A stretch of 64,000 bases of DNA, taken from NCBI GenBank assembly GCA_016716905.1, contig JADJUS010000022.1, positions 140,053 to 204,052 of the forward strand, read 5' to 3'. The notes below the pieces were generated by a model that did no database searches, was not told the origin of the DNA, and was given only the letters and a program-made list of their open reading frames with translations. This stretch comes from Acidobacteriota bacterium (GTDB lineage Bacteria > Acidobacteriota > Vicinamibacteria > Vicinamibacterales > SCN-69-37). This document shows positions 36,790-46,463 of the stretch, piece by piece (position 1 is the first letter of the stretch; the number at the start of each line of letters is the position of its first letter). Made by a program: the position numbers and the translations under genes.

Positions 36790-39693
36790 ATGCAGTTGCG
36801 TCGTCTTTTTGCCATGGCCCTCGTGGCCGTGTGCGCCACCGCCGGCACGGCCTATGGACAGTCTCAGGCCATCAACGGAACCATCGAAGGCACAGTCAAG
36901 GACTCGTCCGGGGCCGTGTTGCCTGGCGTGACCGTCACCGTGACCAATACCAGCACGGGCGCGCAGCGCGTGGTCGTGAGCAACGAATCTGGCGTGTTCC
37001 GGGCCCCCCTTCTGCCACTGGGCGTGTTCACCGTCACGGCAGAACTCTCCGGATTCTCGAAGTTCGAACAGGTGGGCATCAATCTGGTGGCCGGGCAGAC
37101 GGTTGTCCTGAGTGTGGCCCTGAAAGTGGGCGCGCTGAGCGAGACCGTGACCGTCAGCGCCGACTCGGCGGTGGTCAACCTGGGCAAGACGGACGTGGGC
37201 CGCAACCTGAACGAGCGTGAAATCAAGAACCTGCCGCTCGTCTCGCGCAACCCCTACAATTTTGCCCTCCTGCAGCCCGGCGTGACGGGCTCGGAAAACA
37301 GTGAGTTCGGCGTGCCGCGCTTCGGCGTCAACGGGCAGGCCCTGCGCGTGAACTACCAGGTGGACGGCAACACGAATACCCAGCGCGACCGCGCCGGCCT
37401 GCGCATGATGCCGATGTCGGAAGTCATGATCAGCGAAGTCCAGGTGGTGACGTCCGGATTCGCGCCCGAGTTCGGCAGCACGACCGGCCTGGTCTACAAC
37501 GCCGTCACGCCGTCAGGCACCAACACCTTCAAGGGTGATCTCGGCTACCGCTTCCGGCGCAAGTCCTGGTCGGCATTCCCGTTCTTCTTCCAGGGCGTGC
37601 GGACGGACGATACACGACCGGATAACTCGCTCAAGATTTTCACCGGCACGGCCGGCGGCCCGATTGTGAAGAACTCGCTGCATTTCTACACAGGCACGGA
37701 ACGCACCTACCGCGAAATGCCGCGCCTCATCAACATCGACCCGGGCATCGCCACCCAGGTGGGTGTGGCGGCCCAGCCCGGCGCCATCGACGCGTACCAG
37801 CAAGTACTTTTCATCATCGGCAAGGTTGACTGGCAGGCCACCCCGAGCCAGCGCCTCACCGCGCGCACCAACCTTTTCAGGAACGACAATCCGCTCAACG
37901 CAGGCGGCGGCGGCAACACGGCCATCGAGCGGTCGGTGGACTTCAACGACCGGATGTGGTCGCACGCCGTACAGGCGGTCTCCACCCTCGGTGCCTCGAA
38001 CCTCAACGAACTGCGGATGCAGGTGATGCAGCGCACCTCGCGCCGTGACTCGGCGGAGGGCGCCGGCACCGGCGTTTCGGTCAACATCAATGGCGGCGTC
38101 ATCAACGGTGTCAACAACAGCATCCAGTTCGGCATGCCGACCGGCGACGGCGAACTGCTGCAGCAGCGCATCTACCAGGTGGTCAACAACTTCACGATGC
38201 TCCGCGGCAACCACAACTTCAAGGTGGGCGTCGACTACTCGTTCATCGATGACAAACGCGCGGTTCCGCTGCCGGCCACCTACACCTTCCCCACAGTGGC
38301 GGCGTACCTGGCGGCCAAGAGTGGCGCCAACCCCAAGGGCTACACGACGTTCGCGCAAACCGTGGCGATCGAGCCGGAATTCGACATGACCAACGCCGGG
38401 CTGTCGGGCTTCATTCAGGACGACTGGAAGATCTCGCCCAGGCTGAAGCTGCTGTACGGTGTGCGGTACGACCTCAACATGTACAACAAAGGCATCGAGG
38501 GGTCGCCCTACTCCCAGACGTTCAACCGCGACGCCAATAACTTCGGCCCCAGGTTCGGCTTTGCGTGGACACCGGACGAGTCCGGCAAGTCCGTCATCCG
38601 CGGCAGCTCGGTCGTGATGTACGACCAGATGCTGCTGGCGATCATCGAGCAGTCGTATGAAAACTCTGGCGACCCGCGACGCATCGCCGTCTCGCTGGCG
38701 CCAACCGCGGCCAACGCGCCCAGTTTCCCGAACGTGCTGACGACCGCCACGGGCACCCAGAGCGTGCTCTTCGGCATGGATCCCGATTTCGTGTCCGGTC
38801 GCACGTGGCAGAACAACATTGCGTACGAGCGCGCCATCGGCACCAACTACTCGGCGTCGGTCAGCGCGATGTATGCGCGCGGCTATACGATGCCCGTCAT
38901 CTCGGAAGTGAACTTCACCGACAATCCCGTCCGCACGCTGGATGACGGCCGCAAGGTATTCAGCGCGACCGTGAACGCGGCCAACCGGGTGGACCCACGG
39001 TACAATCGCGTCCGGCTCGTACAGTCGATCGGCGAGTCCTGGTACAAGGCCATGACGCTGCAGTTCGGCAAGCGCTGGAACGGCAGCCTCCAGTTTGACC
39101 TGAACTACACGCTGGCCAAGGGCATCGACACGGCACCGCTCGGCGGCGGCACGCTGTCGGTGCAGGGTGATGCCGCGCGATCGGATCCGTTCGACCTGCA
39201 GCGCGACAAGGGCCCGAACTCGCTCGACATCCGGCATACGTTTAATGCGAGCATCGTCGCTCTGGCGAACTTCACGATCGCCAACCGCGTGCTGCACCAC
39301 ATCATCAACAACAACCAGGTGTCCCTGCTCGTGCAGGTGAACAGCGGCACACCCGTGCAGCTGGCGGGCAACACGGACCTCAACGGCGACGGCACCAACA
39401 ATGACCGCCCGCTGTTCATCACGCGCAACTCGCTGAACCTGCCGACGCGCAAGAACATGGACCTGCGATTCTCGCGCTTCTTTAATCTGCACAAGAGCTA
39501 CCGGTTCGAGGTGCAGGCGGAGTTCAAGAACATCTTCAACAACGAGCAGGTGTCCGGCGTGCAGACCACCTACCCGGTGAATGCCACGACCGGCGCGGCC
39601 ACGGGGACACTGCCGAACAACAGCTTCGCCCTGATTCCCACTGGCGGATTCGAGCAGCGCAAGTTCCAACTCGGCTTCAAGCTGTTTTTCTAG
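36790..39693 (+). CDS. TonB-dependent receptor with N-terminal carboxypeptidase-regulatory-like domain (Oar-like)
   Basis: ATG 36790 follows GGAGGA. Signal peptide, then GTIEGTVKDSSGAVLPGVTVTVTNTSTGAQRVVVSNESGVFR. Long barrel ending in ...FKLFF. Confidence 0.88.
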   Translation: MQLRRLFAMALVAVCATAGTAYGQSQAINGTIEGTVKDSSGAVLPGVTVTVTNTSTGAQRVVVSNESGVFRAPLLPLGVFTVTAELSGFSKFEQVGINLVAGQTVVLSVALKVGALSETVTVSADSAVVNLGKTDVGRNLNEREIKNLPLVSRNPYNFALLQPGVTGSENSEFGVPRFGVNGQALRVNYQVDGNTNTQRDRAGLRMMPMSEVMISEVQVVTSGFAPEFGSTTGLVYNAVTPSGTNTFKGDLGYRFRRKSWSAFPFFFQGVRTDDTRPDNSLKIFTGTAGGPIVKNSLHFYTGTERTYREMPRLINIDPGIATQVGVAAQPGAIDAYQQVLFIIGKVDWQATPSQRLTARTNLFRNDNPLNAGGGGNTAIERSVDFNDRMWSHAVQAVSTLGASNLNELRMQVMQRTSRRDSAEGAGTGVSVNINGGVINGVNNSIQFGMPTGDGELLQQRIYQVVNNFTMLRGNHNFKVGVDYSFIDDKRAVPLPATYTFPTVAAYLAAKSGANPKGYTTFAQTVAIEPEFDMTNAGLSGFIQDDWKISPRLKLLYGVRYDLNMYNKGIEGSPYSQTFNRDANNFGPRFGFAWTPDESGKSVIRGSSVVMYDQMLLAIIEQSYENSGDPRRIAVSLAPTAANAPSFPNVLTTATGTQSVLFGMDPDFVSGRTWQNNIAYERAIGTNYSASVSAMYARGYTMPVISEVNFTDNPVRTLDDGRKVFSATVNAANRVDPRYNRVRLVQSIGESWYKAMTLQFGKRWNGSLQFDLNYTLAKGIDTAPLGGGTLSVQGDAARSDPFDLQRDKGPNSLDIRHTFNASIVALANFTIANRVLHHIINNNQVSLLVQVNSGTPVQLAGNTDLNGDGTNNDRPLFITRNSLNLPTRKNMDLRFSRFFNLHKSYRFEVQAEFKNIFNNEQVSGVQTTYPVNATTGAATGTLPNNSFALIPTGGFEQRKFQLGFKLFF

Positions 39694-39701
39694 TCGTTCG
39701 A

Positions 39702-39736
39702 CCGGTGACCGCAGGCACCACGCCTGCGGTCACCGG
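39702..39736 (+). terminator. strong hairpin after the TonB receptor gene
   Basis: ccggtgaccgcaggc-accac-gcctgcggtcaccgg forms a perfect 15-bp stem 9 nt after the stop. There is no clean U-tract. Confidence 0.55.
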
Positions 39737-39768
39737 AGGTTCACGTCTTCTCCCAGCAAGCGAGCGCC

Positions 39769-42525
39769 ATGCCGTCTTTCGTTCGGGTCAGGCCTCTTCT
39801 CTTCATCGTCACGGCATTCGCGACCGGTGCGCTGGTCGCCGTGCCGCAGGCCCGGCCGCCGCAGGGCGCTGCCCCTGCTGTCAGCGTGAAGCAGGGCCGC
39901 ATTCCCCTGACGGTCGAACGGTACCTTCCAGGCGCTCCGGTCACACTGGGCGTCCCATTTCCCAAAGGTGCGCTGGAGTCACCCGACCACGTTCGGGTGC
40001 TGCGGCCCGACGGCACTGAGCAGCCCAGTCAGGTCACCGAAGTGACCACCTGGGATCCGATTGACCCGAGCCTCAAGTGGGTCTGGGTGTTTTTCTTCGC
40101 CGAGGCCGGACCGGCGTATTCGCTCGAATACGGCCCCGCCGTGCGCCGGCAGCCGGTCACCTCGCGCCTGGAATTTGTCAACAACCCGCGCGCGCAGGGC
40201 CTGGCCGAGATCACCACGGGACCTCTGCGCTTCGTCGTGCGCCAGGGTGATACCGGATTCTTGTCATCGGTCCAACTTGACCTTGCGGGCGACGGCTATA
40301 GCGACGCGGACGTGATCGCCACCGGCCCCGTGGGCCGAGGCTCGTTCGCGGATGTTCTGGACGACGCGGGCGTGGATCACTCACGGGCCGTCGTCCTGCG
40401 CACCACGATGGACAAAGGGACCGGCCCGCTGCACGCCATCCTCCGGGTGGAAGGCGAGTACCGATACGGGCGCGCCGACAACCAGACGTCACCCTTCGTC
40501 ACGCGCATCCACGCGTACGCGGGCAAACCGTACATTCGCGTGCTGCACACATGGATTTACACGGGCACGCCAGACAAACATCGGCCGCAGGCAGGCGACT
40601 ATCCGCATGTCGCCACCCAGGGCGCGTCACTCATCACCACCGACCCCACAGACACGGGCTGGACGGTGCCCAACGACCGGTTGCAGGGCCTGGGCCTGTC
40701 GTTGTCACTGCCGCTGACTGCGCGCGCCGAGACTCGGATCGGTCTGCGCAACGGGTCCTGGTGGTCACCTGGCGACCGGCGCGTGGCGCTCGTGCCTCCG
40801 GGCCCGGCCAGCCTGGTCCAGCTTGGCCCGAAGCCCGACCGGATTCCGCCGGTCCCGAATTCGTCGGCAAGCTCGCGCCTGAGCGCCGCCGAGGGGTTCG
40901 AGGCGACGGTGACAAGTGGAGTGCGGGTCATCGATCGCGCTGAACGTGCCGAGGGCTGGATCGATGTCTTTGATGGCACGCGAGGGGTGGCCATCGGGAT
41001 CAAACACCTCGTTGAGGAGTATCCGAAAGCCCTGACCTTCGACGCGGCCGCCGGCACGATATCAGCATTCTTCTGGGCGCCCGAGGCGGGCCCCATGAGT
41101 TTCGCACGCGCCTCGAACGCACCGGCCAACGAGAACGCCGTCGAAAACTGGGCCCAGGGGCTCGCCAAAACCAGTGAAGTGCTGCTCTTCTTTCACGGGT
41201 CCCAGACCACGGTGGACGAAGTGGCCGCCACCATGCAGCTCGTGCTGGCGCCCCCGGTGGCCCACGTCGCACCGGCGTGGTACGGCACGAGTGACGTCTA
41301 TGGCGCCATGGCGCCGCAGAGCGCTCGTCACGGCGATCTGCAACGAAGTCTGGATTACAAGTTTTCCTGGATGCGTTTCAACCAGGCGTGGGAACCGTGG
41401 TTCGGCATGTTCGAACACGGCGACATGATGAACACCTTTGACGGCCAGCGCTGGAGCGTCTTCGGCAACGGAGAACCCGCGCAGGACTTCATGTGGTGGC
41501 TGCAGTTCATGCGCACGGGCGATGCGGACACCTTCGACACGGCGATGGCGTTCAGCCGTCACACCATGGACGTGGACAACACCCACTGGCCCGCCGGACC
41601 GCAGTTCATCGGCGACACGAACTACCCGATGGACTACTGGTCCACGTTGACGGCGCCACCAGCCACGAAATACCTGGGCGTCGGCCGGCGCCATGCCGAC
41701 CAGCACTGGATGCACATCCTCAGTGCGCACGTCTGGGTGCAGGGCTGGATGGCCTCGTATTACCTGGCGGGTGAACAACGGGGTCTCGACGTGGCTCGCC
41801 TCACAGCCGATATGCACTTGCGCCGGCTCTGGGGTGAACACGAATTGACCGGGCGGCGGCTCTACCTGTCGATCTGGAATCTCGCGGAAGTGTGGGACGC
41901 CACCAAGGATGTGCGCTACGAACGTGAGCTCGACGACCGCGTGGGTCGCATGTTGGCCCTGCAGCGCGACCAGGCCGACAGCCTCGTGCTGGAGCGATAC
42001 GGATATACCAACGTCTACGCGTCGCACGGGCTCGGCAAATATCTGTCGATGACTGGCGCCCCAGCGGTGCGCAGCGCCCTCATCCGGCACGCGCGCGCGG
42101 TCCGTGACATGCCGCCCCTCAACCACGGCATGGAGTCGTACCTCTCAAGCATTCACAGTCTCGCGCTCGGATACCGGTTGACCGGAGATCGCTCGTTTGT
42201 CGACGAGATGACCCGCCGGCTGGACCCGCTCAAGGTCGATCCCCTGCCCCGGCCCATCGATGAACGCTGGACGCAACAGGACTTGTTCAGCGCCCTCGAG
42301 CGCGCCGATCACTTCCCAGACGACCCGAACCGATTCCGGCCCAACGCATCAAATCAGGGCACCACGGCGCCGCCACCGCGCCGCCCGATCTGGTCATTCA
42401 CCAACGGCCTCCGCGTATTCGGGTGGACCAGCGCGTACACAGTGCCGTGGGCGATACAAATACTTGAAGATGTCCAGGGTCCAGAGTCCAGGGTCCAGGG
42501 TTCAAAAAAAGAGAAGGAGCAGTGA
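39769..42525 (+). CDS. secreted PcRGLX-like (PL26 exo-rhamnogalacturonan-lyase-like) three-domain protein; function tentative
   Basis: Signal peptide, then N-terminal IPLTVERYLPGAPVTLGVPFPKG...SLKWVWVFF (RIFT-barrel-like pattern). C-terminal toroid-like FGMFEHGDMM...WWLQFMRTGDADTFDTAMAFSRHTMDVDNTHW. Assignment is from memory of the family pattern. Confidence 0.55.
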   Translation: MPSFVRVRPLLFIVTAFATGALVAVPQARPPQGAAPAVSVKQGRIPLTVERYLPGAPVTLGVPFPKGALESPDHVRVLRPDGTEQPSQVTEVTTWDPIDPSLKWVWVFFFAEAGPAYSLEYGPAVRRQPVTSRLEFVNNPRAQGLAEITTGPLRFVVRQGDTGFLSSVQLDLAGDGYSDADVIATGPVGRGSFADVLDDAGVDHSRAVVLRTTMDKGTGPLHAILRVEGEYRYGRADNQTSPFVTRIHAYAGKPYIRVLHTWIYTGTPDKHRPQAGDYPHVATQGASLITTDPTDTGWTVPNDRLQGLGLSLSLPLTARAETRIGLRNGSWWSPGDRRVALVPPGPASLVQLGPKPDRIPPVPNSSASSRLSAAEGFEATVTSGVRVIDRAERAEGWIDVFDGTRGVAIGIKHLVEEYPKALTFDAAAGTISAFFWAPEAGPMSFARASNAPANENAVENWAQGLAKTSEVLLFFHGSQTTVDEVAATMQLVLAPPVAHVAPAWYGTSDVYGAMAPQSARHGDLQRSLDYKFSWMRFNQAWEPWFGMFEHGDMMNTFDGQRWSVFGNGEPAQDFMWWLQFMRTGDADTFDTAMAFSRHTMDVDNTHWPAGPQFIGDTNYPMDYWSTLTAPPATKYLGVGRRHADQHWMHILSAHVWVQGWMASYYLAGEQRGLDVARLTADMHLRRLWGEHELTGRRLYLSIWNLAEVWDATKDVRYERELDDRVGRMLALQRDQADSLVLERYGYTNVYASHGLGKYLSMTGAPAVRSALIRHARAVRDMPPLNHGMESYLSSIHSLALGYRLTGDRSFVDEMTRRLDPLKVDPLPRPIDERWTQQDLFSALERADHFPDDPNRFRPNASNQGTTAPPPRRPIWSFTNGLRVFGWTSAYTVPWAIQILEDVQGPESRVQGSKKEKEQ
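42472..42500. repeat. heptamer tandem repeat (GTCCAGG/GTCCAGA)x4 at the 3' end of the PcRGLX-like gene
   Basis: gtccag ggtccag agtccag ggtccag ggtt, encoding VQGPESRVQGS. Followed by an A-run and AAGGAG (42514-42519). Confidence 0.9.
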
Positions 42526-45302
42526 TGTCGAGACGATTGATCAGAACCGCGTTGGGCGCTGCCGCGATGGCTGCCGTGCTCTTGTCTGTGTCGCCACGCG
42601 TCAGCACCCAGGTCACGGTACTCAACCACGACACCGGGCCGGTCGGACTCGGCCTGGCCCTGCGCCAGCTGCCCGTCGAGGGTTCAATGCTGTACGTCAC
42701 GGCCCACCCGGACGATGAGAACAATGGCGTGCTGGTGGCGCTCAATCGCGGCCGCGGACTCAAGACCTCGCTGTTGACGGTCACGCGCGGCGACGGCGGC
42801 CAGAATGAAATTGGCCCGGAGCTGTTCCAGGCGATCGGCATCCTGCGATCGGAGGAACTCGCAGCGGTGCACCGGTACGACGGCGCCGACCAGTACCACA
42901 CGCGCGCCTACGAGTTCGGCTACTCCTTCAGCGTCGAAGAGACCTTTGAAAAGTGGGGCAAGGACGAAATCCTGGCCGACGTCGTGAAGGTCATCCGCAT
43001 GACGCGGCCCGACATCATCCTCACCATGAACCGCGATGGCCAGGCGGGGGGCCAGCACCACATGGGCTCGGCGCGCCTGGCACAGGAGGCGTTCCGCGTG
43101 GCGGCAGACCCCACGCGCTTCCCGGAGCAACTCAAGGCCGGACTCCGGCCCTGGCAGGCCCGCAAGGTCTATCAGGCGGGCGCGGGAAACCCCGGCGGGG
43201 GTGCGGCGCAGTCATCAGCCGGCGGCGCGGCGCCGCCGCAACGGCCGGTCCGCATCAGCACGGGCGACTACGACCCGCTGCTCGGCATGTCGTGGGCGCA
43301 GTTCGGCACACTCGCGCGCCGCAACCACCTGTGCCAGGGCATGGGCCAGACCGAAAGCCGGCCCGGTGAAGCGGGCGGCTCGTATTCGCTCTATGACAGC
43401 CAGCCGCGCGTGGCCGGCGACGAGCAGGACGTGCTTGAAGGTATTGACACGTCACTGCGGCGACTGGCCGCGTTCGCGACCGGCCAGGAAGCGAAAATAC
43501 CGACACTTGGCGCGGACCTCGATGCCATCGAGGCGTCGGCACGCGCGGCCATCGAGGCCTTCGACGCGCGCGCCACACACAAGACGTTGCCCCACATCAC
43601 CCGGGGTCTGGGTCAGGTGCGCGCCTTGCGCACGGCCGTGGCCGGCAGCACGTTGACTGCCGACGCGCGCGCCGAAATTGTCTGGCGCCTCGATCGCAAG
43701 GAACGCGATTTCATGAAAGCCCTCGAACTGGCCCAGGGCGTCGTCACCCACATCACCGTGCCTGATGGCAACGTGGTGCGCGGCCAGACCTTCGATGTCA
43801 TGGCGCAGGTGTTCAACACAGGGACAGAGCCGATGTCGGTGGACGAGGTCTCGCTCCAGGTGCCGGAAGGCTGGACCGCCGTGCTCAAGCAGGGCCAGCC
43901 GGTCGCCTTGAAACACAACGAGGCCGCCACGCTGCTCTACAGCGTCACCGTCGGGCCGAACGCGCGGTACTCACAGCCGTACTGGAAGCGCAAACCCGGT
44001 CCGGTGGAGCGCACGGGCGGCGACATCTACGACCTCGACATTCCCGAACACCATCTGCTGCCGTGGAGTCCCCCGGATGTGACCGCCACGGTGAGCTATG
44101 CCGCCGGCGGAGCGAACGCCGCCGTGACCGCGCCCGCGTATTACCGCTACGACGGCCCCTGGGTGGGCGGCGAAAAGCAGAAGGTGCTGAACATCGTGCC
44201 GCACGTGTCGGTGAAACTGACGCCGGACATTGCGGTGGTGCCGCTGACGGCGGGAGGCAAGAAGAAGGAATTTCGCGTCTCGGTGCTCAACAATGCACCT
44301 GGCGGATCGGCGGTCAAAGTGCGGCTCGAAACTCCGGCGGGCTGGAAGGTGGAACCCGCCGAAGCCACACTGAACTTCTCCGTGGAAGAAGAAGAAATGT
44401 CGGCGCAGTTCTTCGTGACGCCGCCGGCGCGGGTCACACCGGGCGAAGCCGTCATTCGCGCCGTGGCCGAGCGCGGCACCGAGACGTTTCGCGAAGGCTA
44501 CCAGGTCATCGCGTATAACCACATTCAGACGCGGCACCTCTTTCACCCGGCCGCGTCGAAGATCAAGATGATTGACGTGGTGGTGCCGGCCAACCTGCAG
44601 GTCGGCTACGTGGTGGGCACGGGGGATGATGTCCCTGCAGCCATCCGCCAGCTCGGCGCGACCGTGACGATGTTGTCGCCCGACGACGTGGCGTTTGGAG
44701 ATTTGTCGAAGTACTCGACGATCGTGCTCGGCATCCGCGCCTATGAGAAACGGCCGGACGTACGCGCGTACAACCAGCGGCTCTTCGACTTCGCTCGCAA
44801 CGGTGGCCACCTTGTTGTGCAATACAACAAGACGGCCATGAATCAGCTCGGCGGCGGCCAGGCTGGTCCTCCTCCAGGCGCGTTCGGCGGTGGTGGTCCC
44901 GGGGGTGGACGCGGCGGTCGCGGAAGTGCGCCGCCCAATAGTCCCTACGTCCCGTATCCAGGTGGCATCACGAGCAATCGCGTGACGGTGGAAGAGGCCC
45001 CGGTGCGGGTACTTGAAGACGGCACCACTGAGATGAGCCGCCCAAACCGCATCACGGCTGCCGACTTCGAGGGCTGGGTGCAGGAGCGCGGTCTCTACTT
45101 CTTTGGCGCCAACGATCCGCGGTACACCGACATCCTGGCCGCCACCGACCCATGGGCCTTCAACCCGGGTGAAAAGAAGGGCATGTTGACCGTGGCGCAA
45201 TTGGGCAAAGGCACGTGGACGTATGTGGGCCTTGGCCTCTGGCGCCAGCTGCCGGCCGGAACGCCCGGCGCGTATCGGATCCTCGCGAACCTGCTTCGGT
45301 AG
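42525..45302 (+). CDS. PIG-L/LmbE family deacetylase fused to a large C-terminal region with a GATase1/ThuA-like end
   Basis: ATG 42525 lies 5 nt after AAGGAG (a GTG at 42522 is the alternative). Motifs MLYVTAHPDDENNG and TRGDGGQNE. C-terminal STIVLGIRAYEKRPD...NGGHLVVQY. Confidence 0.8.
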   Translation: MSRRLIRTALGAAAMAAVLLSVSPRVSTQVTVLNHDTGPVGLGLALRQLPVEGSMLYVTAHPDDENNGVLVALNRGRGLKTSLLTVTRGDGGQNEIGPELFQAIGILRSEELAAVHRYDGADQYHTRAYEFGYSFSVEETFEKWGKDEILADVVKVIRMTRPDIILTMNRDGQAGGQHHMGSARLAQEAFRVAADPTRFPEQLKAGLRPWQARKVYQAGAGNPGGGAAQSSAGGAAPPQRPVRISTGDYDPLLGMSWAQFGTLARRNHLCQGMGQTESRPGEAGGSYSLYDSQPRVAGDEQDVLEGIDTSLRRLAAFATGQEAKIPTLGADLDAIEASARAAIEAFDARATHKTLPHITRGLGQVRALRTAVAGSTLTADARAEIVWRLDRKERDFMKALELAQGVVTHITVPDGNVVRGQTFDVMAQVFNTGTEPMSVDEVSLQVPEGWTAVLKQGQPVALKHNEAATLLYSVTVGPNARYSQPYWKRKPGPVERTGGDIYDLDIPEHHLLPWSPPDVTATVSYAAGGANAAVTAPAYYRYDGPWVGGEKQKVLNIVPHVSVKLTPDIAVVPLTAGGKKKEFRVSVLNNAPGGSAVKVRLETPAGWKVEPAEATLNFSVEEEEMSAQFFVTPPARVTPGEAVIRAVAERGTETFREGYQVIAYNHIQTRHLFHPAASKIKMIDVVVPANLQVGYVVGTGDDVPAAIRQLGATVTMLSPDDVAFGDLSKYSTIVLGIRAYEKRPDVRAYNQRLFDFARNGGHLVVQYNKTAMNQLGGGQAGPPPGAFGGGGPGGGRGGRGSAPPNSPYVPYPGGITSNRVTVEEAPVRVLEDGTTEMSRPNRITAADFEGWVQERGLYFFGANDPRYTDILAATDPWAFNPGEKKGMLTVAQLGKGTWTYVGLGLWRQLPAGTPGAYRILANLLR

Positions 45303-45357
45303 GACCCTGGACTCTGGACTCTGGACTCTGGACTCAGGACCCTGATTTCAGGACCCA
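45302..45357. repeat. heptamer tandem repeat (GGACYCT)x6 plus a detached unit
   Basis: ggaccct ggactct ggactct ggactct ggactca ggaccct gatttca ggaccca. Fills the gap between convergent stops and runs into the last codons of the VanZ-like gene. Confidence 0.92.
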
Positions 45358-46380
45358 CTTGGTGTCCACCGCCGCTGTGCTGGTGAATGGCGGCGGTGCG
45401 CCGAGCGCGCGAAACCGCCGCTCGGCGTCCGCGCGATGATCGGGATGCCAGCGGTGCCCGGTCTTTGAGATGTGTGACGGCGTGTCGAGCACAGGCGCGT
45501 AGTAGCGCTCGAGTACCTGATTCTCGCCCCAGGCCGTCGCCACATCGCCCGCCTCCCACGCGTCGTTTCTGGCACGCACGTGGGCTTCACCCTCTGAGCG
45601 GTATTGATCTTCACGCGCGAGGGTTCGCCGCACGAGCGGCGGCGTGATCGCCCATCGTGCCGTGCGTTCCGTCGCGAGCTCGTGCAACTGCGCCGCGGAG
45701 TATCGCGATCGGAACATCCCGGCGTCCGGGTCAGTAATCGCAAAGCCGACATGCACGGTCCAGACGAACGCCGCCCCGGCGACTGCCGCAACCAGCACAC
45801 CGGCCAGCGCGCCCCGATCGCCACGCAGGACGCGGCCCGCCGTGGGCCGCTCCATGGGCGCCATCGCCACGCTGGCCATCACGCCACAGGCGATCGCCAC
45901 CGTATTGAGCATCACGTCCTGCCACTCGCCGACGCGCGCCGGGAGAAACCACTGCCACCACTCTTCAGCGACGCCAAACACAAACGCCGCCGAGGCCGGC
46001 CACACCAGGCTGGTCGCGTCACCCTTCCCGCGCCACGCACGGTAAAAGAGCCAGGTGATGACGCCGTACTGCACGAAGTGAAAGTGCTCCACGGCCGCCA
46101 CAGCAGGGTTGGCGCTGCCGGTCAGACGCGCGAACACCACCGCCACCAGCGCCGCCACGCCAAGGAGCGCAAACCGCCAGACGCGCCCCTCTCGAATGCG
46201 CATCAACGCGGCCACCGCCAGCGCGGCCACCGACAGCCCCACCACCCCGTTCACAATCCACACGTACTGCCCCGGCAGCGTCGCCGCCACCCAGCGGCGC
46301 AGTTCGCCGATGAATGGCGCGGCCAGGACCAAGGCGAGCGAGACGATGAGCGCCAGTAGCATCGATTGCCGATAAATCAC
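45334..46380 (-). CDS. VanZ-like membrane protein with a C-terminal soluble domain
   Basis: N-terminal 4-5 TM helices with AEEWWQWFLPARVGEWQDVMLNTVAIACG (VanZ DE..Q.F.P.R...D...N pattern). Confidence 0.6.
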   Translation of the reverse strand: MIYRQSMLLALIVSLALVLAAPFIGELRRWVAATLPGQYVWIVNGVVGLSVAALAVAALMRIREGRVWRFALLGVAALVAVVFARLTGSANPAVAAVEHFHFVQYGVITWLFYRAWRGKGDATSLVWPASAAFVFGVAEEWWQWFLPARVGEWQDVMLNTVAIACGVMASVAMAPMERPTAGRVLRGDRGALAGVLVAAVAGAAFVWTVHVGFAITDPDAGMFRSRYSAAQLHELATERTARWAITPPLVRRTLAREDQYRSEGEAHVRARNDAWEAGDVATAWGENQVLERYYAPVLDTPSHISKTGHRWHPDHRADAERRFRALGAPPPFTSTAAVDTKWVLKSGS

Positions 46381-46463
46381 AGATTCCAGGTTACCGATAG
46401 TCAGATAAGCGATTCCCGATCTCAGGTTTCAGATTGTAGATTCAACCGCATAGACTTGACCGG

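Noticed and set aside
37513-39669. 718-aa minus-strand ORF
   Set aside because: It is fully nested antisense to the strongly supported TonB receptor gene. Its Arg/Gly/His/Val-rich composition is typical of shadow frames in high-GC DNA, and I recognised no motif. The same reasoning applies to the other long antisense ORFs: 26181-27716, 19156-20316, 41062-42126, 43971-45200, 47472-48803, 51732-53231 and 58631-59872.
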